A stretch of 64,000 nucleotides of DNA from an uncultured Actinomycetota bacterium (GTDB lineage Bacteria; Actinomycetota; Acidimicrobiia; Spongiisociales; UBA5794). Where the stretch lies: the NCBI GenBank assembly GCA_963785245.1, contig CAWAUO010000001.1, positions 128,549 to 192,548 of the forward strand, given 5' to 3'. Under the pieces are notes generated by a model, which had not been told where the DNA came from, did no database searches, and saw only the letters and a list, made by a program, of their open reading frames with translations. The position numbers and the translations under genes are program-made. Below are positions 18,248 to 29,711 of this stretch, one piece after another. Every line of letters starts with the position of its first letter. Position 1 is the stretch's first letter.

Positions 18248-21200
18248 ATGGCACGGTACGCAGAGCTTCACGCTCACACGAACTTCAGCTTCCTCGATGG
18301 AGCCTCTCATCCACATGACCTCGTCGCGGCCGCTGCCGAACTGGGGTACACCGCCCTCGCGGTTACCGATCACGACGGATTCCGCGGTGCGGCCAAGGTC
18401 CACGTCGCCGCCCGCGACATCGGTCTCCCGATCGTGTACGGAACCGAAGTTGGGATGAGCAGGGAGTCGCCGGTCGCCGGTCGCCGGTCGCCGGTCCTGG
18501 GAGAGGCTGAGACTGCCCCCTCTGCCAGGCCGAGGCGGGGGAGGATTCGGCGGATGCATGGGAACAAGCCGGTCGACATCCCAGCCACCGATCACGTCGT
18601 GCTGCTCGCCCCGGACCCGGCAGGCTACGCGGCCATCAGCCGGTTCGTGACCAGAGGGCAGTTCCGTGGGAAGAAGGACCTACCGGCCTACGACTACGCC
18701 GAACTCGACGAGGCCTCGCGGGACGGCAACCTCGTAGCGCTCACCGGGTGCCGCGATGGTGCCGTCCCCCGGGCAGCGCAGGACGGCGACCTCGCGGGGG
18801 CGATGGCGGCAGCGGCGAGGCTTCGGGAGATCTTCCCAGGTCGTCTCTTCATCGAACTCACCCACCACGGGATGCCGGACGACGATGATCGGAACAATCT
18901 GCTCTTTGAAGTGTCACGACGTCTCCGCATCCCGTGCGTGGCGACCAACAACGTGCACTATGCCCGGCGCCGCGATGCCGATCTCGCCGAGGTCCTTGCA
19001 GCGATCGCCGGCAGACGCGACCTCGATACTGCAGATGGCTTTCGGCCCGCGACCGATCTGCGTCACCTTCGTTCCCCCGCCGAGATGGCGTCCCGGTTCG
19101 CTCGCTATCCGGAGGCCGTCGATCACGCGGCCGATCTCGGGGAGTCGCTCGCGTTCGATCTCGACCTCCTCGTCCCCGAGCTTCCCGACTTCCCGAAGCC
19201 CGGATCGTTCACGACCGAGGATGAGTATCTGAGGCACCTCGTAGAAGAAGGCGCCCGTGGCGTCTATCCGGGTCGAGAGGATGGGATCGATGCGATCGCC
19301 CACCGTCGTCTCGACCACGAACTCGCGGTGATCAGCGAGCTTGGGTTCTCCGGGTTCTTCCTCGTCGCGTGGGACATCGTCACGTATGCCCGGTCACAGG
19401 ACATCTACTGCCAGATCCGCGGTTCGGGAGCAGACTCAGCCGTATGCCGGTGTATCGGGCTGACCCGCGTCGACCCGATCCGCCTGAGCCTGCCATTCGA
19501 GCGGTTCCTCTCCGAGGAGCGCGGCCGGCCACCGGACATCGACATCGACTTTGAAGCGGAACGGCGCGAGGAGGTCATCCAGTACTGCTACCGCCGCTAC
19601 GGCAGGGAACGGGCCACGATGGTGGCAAACGTCATCACCTACCGGGCCAAATCCGTGCTCCAGGACGTCGGGAAGGCATTCGGCCTCACCCAGGCGCAAG
19701 TCAACGGACTCACTCGCTACCTCGACACCCGTGATCCTGCATCCATCGGCGAGTCCGTCGACTTGCCGGACGGGCTGACCAGCGACCTCATCATCGATGT
19801 GTGCCGACGCCTCGACGGCTTCCCGCGACACCTGGGCATTCACTCGGGGGGCATGGTGGTTGCGCGAAGGCCCCTCTGGGAGACGGTGCCGATGGAGTGG
19901 GGGAGGATGGAGGACCGTTCGGTACTCCAGTGGGACAAGGACGACTGTGCGACGATGGGCATCGTCAAGTTCGATCTGCTCGCGCTCGGCGCCCTGAACG
20001 CCTTGCACCTGACCGTCGACCTCATCGAGGAGATGCACGGTCTCGATCTCGATCTTGCGACCATTCCCCAGGAACCCATCGTGTACGACATGCTGACCCG
20101 AGCCGATACGGTCGGGATCTTCCAGGTGGAATCGCGCGCACAGATGGCGACCCTCCCGAAGCTGAAGCCAAGGAGCTTCTACGACCTTGCCATCGAGGTA
20201 GCACTCATTCGACCCGGTCCCATCCAGGGGCAATCGGTCCATCCGTTCCTCCGTCGCCGCAACGGCGAGGAGCCGATCCGGTACCCGCATCCATCGGCCG
20301 AGCCGATCCTCAAGAAAACGCTCGGCGTTCCGGTGTTCCAGGAGCAGTTGATGGAGCTCGCCAGAGTCTGTGCCGGTTTCACCCCCGGCCAGTCCGATCG
20401 TCTCCGGCAGGCCATGACCCACAAGCGGGCATCCGAGGCTATGGGCCGGCTACGCGATGAGGTGTTCGCCGGTATGGCGAGCAACGGCGTCGTCGGCGCC
20501 CCGGCCGACGAGATCTGGGAGAAGCTCCAGGGGTTCGCATCATTCGGGTTCCCGGAGAGCCACTCGGTGTCGTTCGCCTACATCGTGTACGCCGCAGCCT
20601 GGTTGAAGTATCACTGGCCTGCCGAGTTCTTCGCCGGGCTGCTCAATGCACAGCCGATGGGCTTCTACACCCCCAACTCCCTGGTGCAGGATGCCCAGCA
20701 TCACGGCGTTGTCGTGCTGACCCCCGATGTGAACCGGTCGGCGTTCGATTGCACGATTGAGCCGATCGAGGTCGGCCAGAGCGACACCGTGGAGTACCTC
20801 AGGGGATCGTGGCGGCGGGGGAGGGGCCCGATCGACGATCCGGACCGCCCCGCAGTGGGACTCCGCCTCGGCCTCCGATATGTCAGAAACCTCGGTGAGA
20901 GCGAGATCGTCCGGATTGAAGCGGCCCGGATGACCGGCGGTGACTTCAGTACTCCGGAGGACCTCGCGCAACGGACAGGGCTCGCCCTCGACGCGTACGA
21001 GGGTCTCGCGGCGTCCGGTTCACTCGTTCCGGTGGGTCTCGATCGGAGAGATGGAATGTGGACGGCGGGGATGCTCACCGAACTCGGACCCGATCGTCTG
21101 TCGCTACCTGTGGGAGATGCCGTTCCTCCGCTCAAGGAGATGACGCTGCAGGAACGAGTCCAGGCCGACCTCTGGTCGACGGGGATCTCGACGATCCATC

Positions 21201-21549
21201 CGGTCTCTCTGCGCGGGCGGCACTCACCGACCACGGATGCTTGTCGATCGATGCGGTCCTTGCCGACCGCCGACACGGCACCCGCGCCCGCGTCGGCGGG
21301 ATCATCACCCATCGCCAACGCCCATCGACCGCTCGTGGTGTCCGCTTCTTGAATCTTGAGGACGAGACCGGTCTCCTGAACGTGGTCGTCCTGCCGCACG
21401 TGTGGGAGACCCACTACGAAATCGCACGCAAGGCCGTCGGTGTGGTGATCGATGGCGTCATCGAACACGTCGACGGTGTCACGAACTTCGTCGCCCATCG
21501 GTTCGAGCGGTGGTCGATCGATCGGGTCCCTTCGCGAGATTTCCGATAA
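18248..21549 (+). CDS. dnaE2: Error-prone DNA polymerase III alpha (DnaE2), apparent -1 frameshift near 21210-21218
   Basis: PHP-domain N-terminus 'ELHAHTNFSFLDGAS', polymerase core; C-terminal OB-fold 'GVRFLNLEDETGLLNVVV' lies in a -1 frame from about 21214. Total about 1100 aa if joined. Confidence 0.85.
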
Positions 21550-21610
21550 TCGGATTTCACTTTCGAGGGTCGATCTGCCGATGAAGATCTGTAGTCGACA
21601 TGGAGGACCG

Positions 21611-22090
21611 ATGACCAAGACGTTCACTGGAGCAGTGATGCTCCCCGGAGAGGCAGGGAACGGCCTCGAAGCTACCTTGCGCCTCGACCCGGAGCGTGTG
21701 ACGCTCACGGCCGGCGATAGCCAACTCGGGTCCTGGGACCGTGCCGACTATCTGATCACGCCGGAGAGCAACGGTTCATTTGGGCTCACCCTCGGTGGTG
21801 AGACTCTCCTGTTCCGACCCGACTCACCCGCCGAATTCTCCGGGACATCCGCTGTTCCACTTGCCGAACCCCAGGCAGAGCCGCCGATCACGATTCCGAC
21901 CAGCGAGACCTCTTCGGCGTCCATGCCGGCGAAGACCGAAGAAGTCGATATCGACGACGCATTCGTCGACATCCGGCCGCTCACGGATCTGAACGACGAT
22001 GGCGGCCTGTCCCGCGGATTCGTTGCGGTGATGAGCGTTGCCGCCGGTGTGCTCTCGATTGCTGCCGTCGTCACCGCAGCCCTGGTGTAG
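21611..22090 (+). CDS. Hypothetical protein with C-terminal TM anchor
   Basis: GGAGGA 6 nt before ATG at 21611; C-terminal 'FVAVMSVAAGVLSIAAVVTAALV'. Confidence 0.45.
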   Translation: MTKTFTGAVMLPGEAGNGLEATLRLDPERVTLTAGDSQLGSWDRADYLITPESNGSFGLTLGGETLLFRPDSPAEFSGTSAVPLAEPQAEPPITIPTSETSSASMPAKTEEVDIDDAFVDIRPLTDLNDDGGLSRGFVAVMSVAAGVLSIAAVVTAALV

Positions 22091-22096
22091 GACCTT

Positions 22097-23134
22097 CTAC
22101 AAGCGGGCTCTGGCGACGTCGCCGAGCACCGCGACCGCGTGATCGGTGTCCTCCTCGGACACATCAAGGTGGAAGACCGCGCGTATCCGGGTCGGACCGA
22201 GCGAGAGTGTGTCGACGCCTCTCGCCCGGAGGTCGGCAGCGAAATCTTCCGCATCCGAGACGTCGAAGTAGACGAGGTTCGTCTGAACCGACCGCAAGTC
22301 CACCGCCAACCCATCCAGTCCGGCGATGGCCTCTGCGAACCGACGCGCATGCGTGTGATCGTCGACGAGACGATCCCGGTTGTTCTCAACGGCGTACAGG
22401 GCACCGGCGGCGATGATGCCGGCCTGACGGAACCCGCCTCCGTACATCTTCTTGAACCATCGGGCCCGGTCGATCAACTCCTTCGGGCCGGCGAGCGCCG
22501 AACCGATGGGAGCACCGAGGCCCTTCGAGAAGCACACATTGACGGTGTCGGCCGTCGATGCATAGTCATTGAGCGCAACACCCGTTGCCGCCGCGGCGTT
22601 CCAGAGTCTGGCGCCATCGAGATGGATCGCGAGGCCGGAGCGCTTCGCCGCGGCCTGCACGGCCTGCATCGATGCGAGCGGCCAGATCGTTCCACCTGCT
22701 TCATTGTGAGTGTTCTCCATCGTGACCAGCGTCGTTGGATCGAAGAGTCCGGGAGGGAACTCGGGGGAGGGACGCGGTGCGGCCGCGATGACCTGGTCGG
22801 GGGTGAACACGCCGAGGTCACCGTCCAGAGGCACGATTGAGACACCAGCCAGTGTTGCTGGAGCGCCGCTCTCGTGGATGCGAATGTGGGAACCGGCATC
22901 CATGACGATCCGATCGCCGTGGCGTGTGTGCACCCGGATCCCGATCTGATTCGCCATTGAACCAGACGGCACGTAGACGGCGTCTTCCTTGCCGAGGAGG
23001 TCGGCGACGTACCGTTCGAGCCGGATGACGGTCGGGTCGTCGCCGAGTACGTCGTCACCGACGGGCGCCGAAACCATTGCTTCGCGCATCTCGGGCGACG
23101 GGCGGGTCACCGTGTCGGAGCGGAGGTCGATCAT
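22097..23134 (-). CDS. ltaE: Low-specificity L-threonine aldolase
   Basis: '[12 protein letters not shown]' N-terminus and PLP-lysine region '[12 protein letters not shown]' typical of LtaE/GLY1. Confidence 0.85.
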   Translation of the reverse strand: MIDLRSDTVTRPSPEMREAMVSAPVGDDVLGDDPTVIRLERYVADLLGKEDAVYVPSGSMANQIGIRVHTRHGDRIVMDAGSHIRIHESGAPATLAGVSIVPLDGDLGVFTPDQVIAAAPRPSPEFPPGLFDPTTLVTMENTHNEAGGTIWPLASMQAVQAAAKRSGLAIHLDGARLWNAAAATGVALNDYASTADTVNVCFSKGLGAPIGSALAGPKELIDRARWFKKMYGGGFRQAGIIAAGALYAVENNRDRLVDDHTHARRFAEAIAGLDGLAVDLRSVQTNLVYFDVSDAEDFAADLRARGVDTLSLGPTRIRAVFHLDVSEEDTDHAVAVLGDVARARL

Positions 23135-23640
23135 CCCATTTCCCAATCACCGTCGTCGAACAGCCGGGGGTGGAGGGCGTACGCGAGGGTGCCGCGGGAC
23201 CGCGGTGCCTGGTCCCATATGGCGACGTCGAGGTCGAATGCGACGACCGTCGCGGTGCGAACGGCGATCCGGCCTCCGGTGATTCGCTCGGCGAGCATTG
23301 ACCAGGTCGGCTCGTGTCCGACGAGCATGAGCCGTCCGGCATCGCCCCCGCATCGTGCAGCGACCGCGAGGGCGTCATCGGGGCTGGCGCCGTAGAGCTC
23401 GTCCGCGATCTCGAGTGGCGCCTCCCATCCTCCAGAAAGGCGAACGATGGCCGCCGTCGACTCGGCGCGCAGTGCAGGAGACGAGATCACCCGATCGGGA
23501 ATCTCGCCCATCTTCCGGAGAACAACCCCCATCGTCGCCGAGGCGCGTTCGCCGCGTCGGCTGAGCGGTCGGTTCCGGTCGCCGCGGTTCGATGTATCCC
23601 AGTCGGACTTTCCGTGGCGGAGCAGCATGAGTCGTGGCAT
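23131..23640 (-). CDS. Histidine-phosphatase family protein (SixA-like)
   Basis: 'LLRHGKS' RHG catalytic motif, short about 165-aa form. Confidence 0.75.
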   Translation of the reverse strand: MPRLMLLRHGKSDWDTSNRGDRNRPLSRRGERASATMGVVLRKMGEIPDRVISSPALRAESTAAIVRLSGGWEAPLEIADELYGASPDDALAVAARCGGDAGRLMLVGHEPTWSMLAERITGGRIAVRTATVVAFDLDVAIWDQAPRSRGTLAYALHPRLFDDGDWEMG

Positions 23641-23662
23641 GGGGCGAGGTTACCTGCCCGAT

Positions 23663-24289
23663 TCAGCCACCGGCCGTCGATGCCAGCAGGATCTGGGCGA
23701 GGTAGTACAGGGGGAGTCCGACCACACGGTTGGTGACGCCGGGGGAGACAAACTGGTTCCTGGCCACGGCGATGTCGGAGCAGTAGAACAGCGCCGCTCC
23801 GATCGGGACAACAGCCGTCGCCCCCGCCCCGTACGCTCCAACGGCCATTCCCACCATCACACTGATAACGACGATGTACGCGCCCACGGGACCCGCCATG
23901 TCGCCGACGAACGGGCGGAGCCATCGCCACACCCCGGTCGCCACAGCCGCCAGCACGAAGGCCGCAGCGGTCGCGAACCGTGCGTCGACGCCGAGGACGC
24001 CAAACGCAAAAGAGTACGCCACGTGACCGAGGAGGAACGTGACGAGGCCGCCCAGGAACGCGGGGCGCGAGCTATACGTCAGGAGAAGGTCGCCGATCCA
24101 CGAGAACGCAAGCCCAAGGAGAACCAACCGGCCGTAGGTGTTCGACATGCCGTCGACCGACAGAGCAATAGCGATGAACCCGGTCGATGCGAGCACCTTG
24201 AAGACGCGTGCCAGCGACGACCCGCTGGTCTCAGCCCAGACGAGCGCCGCGGCGAACACGACGGTGAACGTGATGGCGGATGCGGTCAT
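23663..24289 (-). CDS. YhhN-family lysoplasmalogenase (polytopic membrane protein)
   Basis: About 8 TM helices; 'LLGHVAYSFAF' and 'FYCSD' YhhN signatures. Confidence 0.7.
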   Translation of the reverse strand: MTASAITFTVVFAAALVWAETSGSSLARVFKVLASTGFIAIALSVDGMSNTYGRLVLLGLAFSWIGDLLLTYSSRPAFLGGLVTFLLGHVAYSFAFGVLGVDARFATAAAFVLAAVATGVWRWLRPFVGDMAGPVGAYIVVISVMVGMAVGAYGAGATAVVPIGAALFYCSDIAVARNQFVSPGVTNRVVGLPLYYLAQILLASTAGG

Positions 24290-24346
24290 GGCCGATCAGC
24301 CTATCGCCCGGGCCAGTAGCATCCATATCGAGAGAGAGGACGTGTC

Positions 24347-24847
24347 ATGCAGATCAACGAGACGATGAACGAGGCGTTCAACCGCCAGATCACGATGGAG
24401 CTTCAGGCGGCGCACAACTACCTCGCCATGGGTGCCTGGCTGGAGTTCGCCGGATTCTCCGGGATGTCGACATGGATGCAGGCCCAGTCGGCCGAAGAGA
24501 CCACGCACGCAATGAAGTTCTATCAGTTCGTTCTCGATCGCGGGGGAAGCGTCAACCTCGGACCGCTTGACACTCCACCGTCGGAGTTCGTCTCCGTCGT
24601 CGATGTCTTCGAGACGGCGCTGGCACAGGAGCGGGACGTCTCAACCGCCATCAACGACCTCTACGGCCTCGCAAGCGCGGAGCGTGACTTTGCCTCGACG
24701 CCGCTCCTCGACTGGTTCGTGACCGAACAGATCGAAGAGGAGGCAACCTTCTCACAGATCCTCGACGACCTCGTCCTGGCCGATGGCAGTCCGCAAGCCA
24801 TGCTGTTCCTGGACCGCGAGTTCGGAGCGAGGAGTACGGCCGAGTAG
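24347..24847 (+). CDS. Non-haem ferritin
   Basis: Ferroxidase-centre ligands (E-x-x-H and 'QEEATF'-type E residues) in a 166-aa four-helix protein. Confidence 0.85.
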   Translation: MQINETMNEAFNRQITMELQAAHNYLAMGAWLEFAGFSGMSTWMQAQSAEETTHAMKFYQFVLDRGGSVNLGPLDTPPSEFVSVVDVFETALAQERDVSTAINDLYGLASAERDFASTPLLDWFVTEQIEEEATFSQILDDLVLADGSPQAMLFLDREFGARSTAE

Positions 24848-24898
24848 GCCATCAGTTCGGGTCCGAGGCGCAGTCGTACGCTGGGCGACCGGGAATCG

Positions 24899-26401
24899 TC
24901 AGCAGTAGCCGGTCGGCCGTCGGTCGGCCCACGGCTGTGCCCGCTCCAATTGGCCGGCGAGGGACAAGAGCGTCTCCTCGTCTCCGAATCTCCCGAGGAA
25001 GTGCGAACCAACCGGGAGACCATTGGGCGTCCAGTGCAGCGGAACGGACATGGCCGGGAGGCCGGCGAAGTTGCCGAGCGGGGTGAACGCGACGTACCGG
25101 TAGACCCGCTCGATCAACTCCTCCCACGACAGGCTCTGGTCGAACCAGCCAAGCGGTACCGGGGGAGACCCGAGCACCGGGGTGAGGAAGGCGTCGTAAT
25201 CGGTGAGGAACGCAGCCGTCTCATGGGCGATCGCCTGGAGCGATGCCTCGGCCGTCAACAGGTCTGCCTGCGATCTGCGGCTCGATCGGTCTGCGAGGTG
25301 GACCGTGAACGGCTCGAATGCCGGCAGACCGGTCTCTCGCTGGTCGAGCCGCGAGATCAGGCGCATGGTTCTGCGATCACCTGCCACTCGTCGAACTCTG
25401 CGCACGGCAGGGACCCGTTCGCACGCGGCATCGAGGACGGTGCTGAACGCGTTCGCGGCGAGGGCCGCCCACACCTCGATGAAGGCCGCGGCCATGGCAT
25501 TGCCGTCAACGACCGGAGAGGCTTCCACGACGTCGTGGCCGAGGCTCTCGAGGAGCGCTGCAGTTGCGAGCACGGCTGCTTCACACTCCGGGTGAACGCG
25601 ATCCCCGCGGAAATCGCGGATGCCGAAACCGATCCGAAGATTGCCGGGATCGCGTTCCACGGCATCGGCGAACGGCGCCCGCGGTTCCGGCACCCAGTAG
25701 CGATCGCCTGGGGCCGCACCATGGGTCGCGTCGAGGAACGCCGCGCTGTCGCGAACGCTCCGTGTCACGGCATGCTCGGATGACAGGTAGTCGACCGGTC
25801 CTCCTGGGTGGCGAGGATTCCGCCCACGTGACGCCTTGAGACCGAACAGGCCGGTCGCCGAAGCTGGAATACGAATCGACCCACCGCCGTCGCTCGCCTG
25901 GGCGAGGGGGACGATCCCTGCCGCGACGGCCGCTGCCGCTCCGCCGCTCGACCCTCCCGCCGAACGGCTGAGGTCCCAGGGATTCCTTGTCGGTCCGTGG
26001 AGGACCGGTTCAGTGGTCGGCAGGAGGCCGAATTCAGGAGTGTTCGACCTTCCGACTGTGATGAAGCCGGCGCGCTCGATACGGCGGCTGAACTCTGAGG
26101 TGGTGTCGCCGATGTAGCTGCGGAAGAAGACGGAACCGAACGTGACCGGGACACCTTCTTCGACAACGAGGTCCTTGATCAGGATCGGTACACCTGCGAA
26201 GGGTCCTCGCTGATCCGTCGAGCCGGCCTCACGGCGTGCTTCCTCGGCTCGATCCCAGATGACGGCGTTGATGGCCGGGTTCGCTCTTGCGATCCGCTCC
26301 ACGGCGGCTTCGACAAGTTCGCCTGCGTGGATGTCGCCGGCTGCCACCAGTCGCGCCAGGCCGACGGCGTCGAGGTCTTCGTAGTCGCGGAAGGCTTCCA
26401 T
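24899..26401 (-). CDS. Amidase (amidase-signature family)
   Basis: '[33 protein letters not shown]' AS-signature with Ser-cisSer-Lys triad context. Confidence 0.85.
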   Translation of the reverse strand: MEAFRDYEDLDAVGLARLVAAGDIHAGELVEAAVERIARANPAINAVIWDRAEEARREAGSTDQRGPFAGVPILIKDLVVEEGVPVTFGSVFFRSYIGDTTSEFSRRIERAGFITVGRSNTPEFGLLPTTEPVLHGPTRNPWDLSRSAGGSSGGAAAAVAAGIVPLAQASDGGGSIRIPASATGLFGLKASRGRNPRHPGGPVDYLSSEHAVTRSVRDSAAFLDATHGAAPGDRYWVPEPRAPFADAVERDPGNLRIGFGIRDFRGDRVHPECEAAVLATAALLESLGHDVVEASPVVDGNAMAAAFIEVWAALAANAFSTVLDAACERVPAVRRVRRVAGDRRTMRLISRLDQRETGLPAFEPFTVHLADRSSRRSQADLLTAEASLQAIAHETAAFLTDYDAFLTPVLGSPPVPLGWFDQSLSWEELIERVYRYVAFTPLGNFAGLPAMSVPLHWTPNGLPVGSHFLGRFGDEETLLSLAGQLERAQPWADRRPTGYC

Positions 26402-26492
26402 GGCGCCAATCTATCGCACCCGGAAGAACGGTCGTTCCGGGAATCGCCCGTCCTCCGAGAACCGCCTATCGTGCGCCGTTCCCTGAGAGAAG

Positions 26493-27701
26493 GTGAACAT
26501 GACGGCATCTGCATCAGCAGTCTCCCAACGGGCGCTCCGCGTCGCCGCGTCGGCAACACTCGCGATCACCAATCAAGCGAACGCCCTGCGTGCTGCCGGA
26601 CAACCCGTGATCGGCTTTGGTGCCGGCGAACCCGACTTCCCGACGCCGGGCCACATTGTCGATGCAGCCCGCGAAGCAGTCGATGATCCGTCGACCCACC
26701 GCTACAGTCCCGCCGCCGGTCTGCCACCGCTCCGTGCCGCCGTCGCTGCCGCAACGACACGCGACTCGGGACTGGCGGTCGATCCGTCGCAGGTCATGAT
26801 TACGAACGGTGGCAAGCAGGCTGTGTATCTGGCCCTCCAGGCGCTCCTCGATCCGGGCGACGAGGTCCTGCTGCCGGCGCCCTATTGGGTGACATACCCC
26901 GAGGCGATCGGTCTCGCCGACGGTGTGACCGTCCCGGTGCCGACCGACGACAGCGCGGGGTTCCAGGTGACCGTCGACCAACTCGAGACAGCAACGACCG
27001 ATCGGACCAAGGCGCTGATCTTCGTGTCGCCGTCGAATCCGACGGGTGCGGTGTACCGCCGGGAGCGGATGGCCGAGATTGGCCGCTGGGCCGCTGATCG
27101 CGGCATCTGGGTGCTCACCGACGAGATCTATCAGCACCTCGTGTACGCCCCGCGAGCGTTCCACTCATTGCCGGTCGTGGCGCCGGAAATCGCGGATCGA
27201 ACCATCGTCGTGAACGGCGTGGCGAAGACCTTCGCGATGACCGGATGGCGCGTCGGTTGGCTGATCGGACCTCCGGAGATCTCCGGTGCGGCCATCAGGC
27301 TCCAAAGCCACATCTCGTCGAACGTCGCCAACGTGTCACAGCGAGCGGCACTCGCGGCCGTCGAAGGGCCAATGGATGCCGTCGATGAGATGCGGACCGC
27401 CTTCGACCGCCGCCGTCATCTGATGGTGAACCTCCTTCGAGAGGTTCCCGGCGTCGAGTGCCTCGAGCCGGGCGGTGCGTTCTACGTGTTCCCGAACATG
27501 GCCGGCTTGCTCGGCCGGGACCTCGGTGGCCGTCGGGCCGACACAACGATGGATCTTGCCGCGCTCCTGCTCGACGAGATCAACATCGCCATCGTCCCGG
27601 GCGAAGCGTTTGGTGCACCCGGCTACGCACGGCTGTCCTTTGCGCTCTCCGATACGAACATCGAAGAGGGCCTGACGAGATTGATCGATCTGGCTACCTG
27701 A
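26493..27701 (+). CDS. Aspartate/aromatic aminotransferase (class I PLP fold)
   Basis: 'FVSPSNPTG', '[16 protein letters not shown]' (PLP lysine), 'YARLS' C-terminus. Confidence 0.85.
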   Translation: MNMTASASAVSQRALRVAASATLAITNQANALRAAGQPVIGFGAGEPDFPTPGHIVDAAREAVDDPSTHRYSPAAGLPPLRAAVAAATTRDSGLAVDPSQVMITNGGKQAVYLALQALLDPGDEVLLPAPYWVTYPEAIGLADGVTVPVPTDDSAGFQVTVDQLETATTDRTKALIFVSPSNPTGAVYRRERMAEIGRWAADRGIWVLTDEIYQHLVYAPRAFHSLPVVAPEIADRTIVVNGVAKTFAMTGWRVGWLIGPPEISGAAIRLQSHISSNVANVSQRAALAAVEGPMDAVDEMRTAFDRRRHLMVNLLREVPGVECLEPGGAFYVFPNMAGLLGRDLGGRRADTTMDLAALLLDEINIAIVPGEAFGAPGYARLSFALSDTNIEEGLTRLIDLAT

Positions 27702-28854
27702 GGCGATCGACTTCATCGACGACCTTCTCCCATGCCGATGAGGCGGGATCGACCAACGCGTCGTGCCCGACACCCTCGAGCTCGTGATAGACGACGGTGT
27801 CGCCTTCGTCGGCTGCTCGTCCGGCGAACGAGCGGCTGATCGACGCCGGAATCCGTTCGTCCGCGTCACCGTGGATGACGAGCAGAGGAATCCCGATCGG
27901 CAGGTTCTTGATCGGAGATGCGGCCACGTGACGTTCGGGCGACTCGTCCGGCTTCCGGCGCATGAATGCCTCAACGGCCCCGTCACCGACATCGGCGTCG
28001 TGCGCCGCTTCCAGGTCGCCAATGGGGGCGAGGGCAGCGACGGCAGCAATCGGCAGTTCCCGAATACCGGTTGCAACCTGCAGCGCGAGATGTCCCCCAG
28101 AGCCGTGACCGACCAGGATCACACGATCGAGATCGAGTTCGTGCCCGGCTGCGAACTCGGAGAGTGAGGCGATCGCCTGGGCCACGTCGGCTGTGGTCGC
28201 ACGCCATCCGCCGCCTGATCCGACGCGCACGAACTCGATGTTCCAGGTCGCCCAGCCGCGACGCGTCAGATCGACCGCGGCAGCGTCGAGCAGGTCACGG
28301 GCGGCCGTGTTCCTCCAGAAGCCGCCGTGGATCAGCACGGCCACGGGATGCGGACCCTCACACCGCGGGATCCGGAGATCGCCGACGTTGTCCGCGTCCG
28401 GTCCATAGGTGATGGTCTCAACCGGCCACGCGGCCCGAGCAGCGAGATGCCGGATGGCGTCGCGATATCCGACGACGCCGCGGCCGAAGATGGTTGCCAC
28501 GCACACCTCGGACACAACGGAGATGCGACGCCAGGCCTCCCGGTCTCGGACGTTCGAGATGTGCACTTCGACGGTCGGGATCCCGATGGCGTCGATCGCG
28601 TCACGGATCGCATACGAGTAGTGGGTGAACGCACCGGGGTTGATCACGACGGCGTCGGCGTCACGAGCGGCGTGGAGTCGGTCGATGATGTCGCCCTCGT
28701 GATTCGACTGGTACGTATCGACCGCGCCTCCGACCTCGACGGCCCACGCCCGGCACGCGTCGTCGAGTTCCTGCAGAGTCGTTGATCCGTAGATCTCGGG
28801 CGACCGAGTCCCGATGAGATTGAGGTTCGGACCGTTGATGATGACGATGCGCAT
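27694..28854 (-). CDS. Fusion protein: type II 3-dehydroquinate dehydratase (AroQ) N-domain plus alpha/beta-hydrolase (esterase) C-domain
   Basis: N-terminus '[23 protein letters not shown]...[13 protein letters not shown]...[16 protein letters not shown]...EVHISN' is canonical AroQ. C-terminal half has 'LIHGGFW', '[10 protein letters not shown]' and '[11 protein letters not shown]' alpha/beta-hydrolase blocks. Confidence 0.75.
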   Translation of the reverse strand: MRIVIINGPNLNLIGTRSPEIYGSTTLQELDDACRAWAVEVGGAVDTYQSNHEGDIIDRLHAARDADAVVINPGAFTHYSYAIRDAIDAIGIPTVEVHISNVRDREAWRRISVVSEVCVATIFGRGVVGYRDAIRHLAARAAWPVETITYGPDADNVGDLRIPRCEGPHPVAVLIHGGFWRNTAARDLLDAAAVDLTRRGWATWNIEFVRVGSGGGWRATTADVAQAIASLSEFAAGHELDLDRVILVGHGSGGHLALQVATGIRELPIAAVAALAPIGDLEAAHDADVGDGAVEAFMRRKPDESPERHVAASPIKNLPIGIPLLVIHGDADERIPASISRSFAGRAADEGDTVVYHELEGVGHDALVDPASSAWEKVVDEVDRLR

Positions 28855-28900
28855 GGCCGCTAGTTTCGAGCGAGAGTGTCCGGAGCGCAAGGGCCGATGG

Positions 28901-29652
28901 TCACGGGAGATGGAGCGGAGCGAGTGCGGCCGCTCGGTCGCGTGTCACCTGGTCGATTTCCGACGGAACGAGGGTGGCGGTGTCCTCCACCACACGGACG
29001 ATCGAGTCGATGACATTCTCGAGAGTCAGACCGGGGACGACGTCGTCGGCTGCCCCGACGGTTGAAGGCCTCCAGTCGATCTCGAGGGCGTCGTAGGTCG
29101 GGACCAGCACATCGCGGACGGCGTCGCCGTTCCCGATGACGAGTACGCCACCAACGTGGGCCGCAGACCGGCCAAGGCGCTGACCGATACCCGCCAGTTT
29201 GATCCGTCCTGCGTGGTGAACGCTGAATTCGCCAGGGCAGTACTCACCGGGGATCTCTCCTGCGGCAGACGAAACACCGAGGCGTCCAAGCGCCCGGATG
29301 AGGGCATCGGTTGCCGCATGGAACCGCTCGCGGATGCCGCGGATGGGGTCCGGGGTCGGGATCGTCCAGGAGAAGGCAACCGTCTCCTCGTGGAACACGG
29401 CCGCCCTGCCGCCGGGCAAGCGAACGATCGGGTCGTAGCCGAGGTCTCGAACGACTTCGACGGCCCGCTCGAAGCCTGCAGCGAGCCGGTCATGCTTGCC
29501 GAACGCGACGACGCGCGACGGTCGATAGATGCGGAACGTCTCTGGCAGTTCGCCGGCTGAGACCCGCTCGAGGAGCGCATGGGAGATGCCGGTATCGAAG
29601 CCGGCGGAGTCTTCGAATCCCAAACGGGACAGAGCGATCGTGCTGTCTGGCA
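28901..29652 (-). CDS. Lipoate-protein ligase/octanoyltransferase family protein (BPL_LplA_LipB domain)
   Basis: 'GGRAVFHEETVAFSW' and 'GRIKLAGIGQRL' lysine-region motifs; upstream S/T/P-rich ORF extension judged non-coding. Confidence 0.6.
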
Positions 29653-29711
29653 TCACGCGAGCGTAGGGAGATGACCGCCGATATCCGGAGAACGGTGGCA
29701 CACTTGAAGAC

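Noticed and set aside
17979-18254. 91-aa minus-strand ORF with a TM helix, ATGA-coupled to the ACT-domain gene
   Set aside because: It contains the LexA box and overlaps the dnaE2 start; more likely the dnaE2 promoter region than a gene. A 49-aa version starting 'MRAAIVVAIVV' cannot be excluded.
19436-20422. 328-aa minus-strand ORF inside dnaE2
   Set aside because: Antisense to a conserved polymerase domain; no motifs; composition typical of GC-rich non-coding frames.
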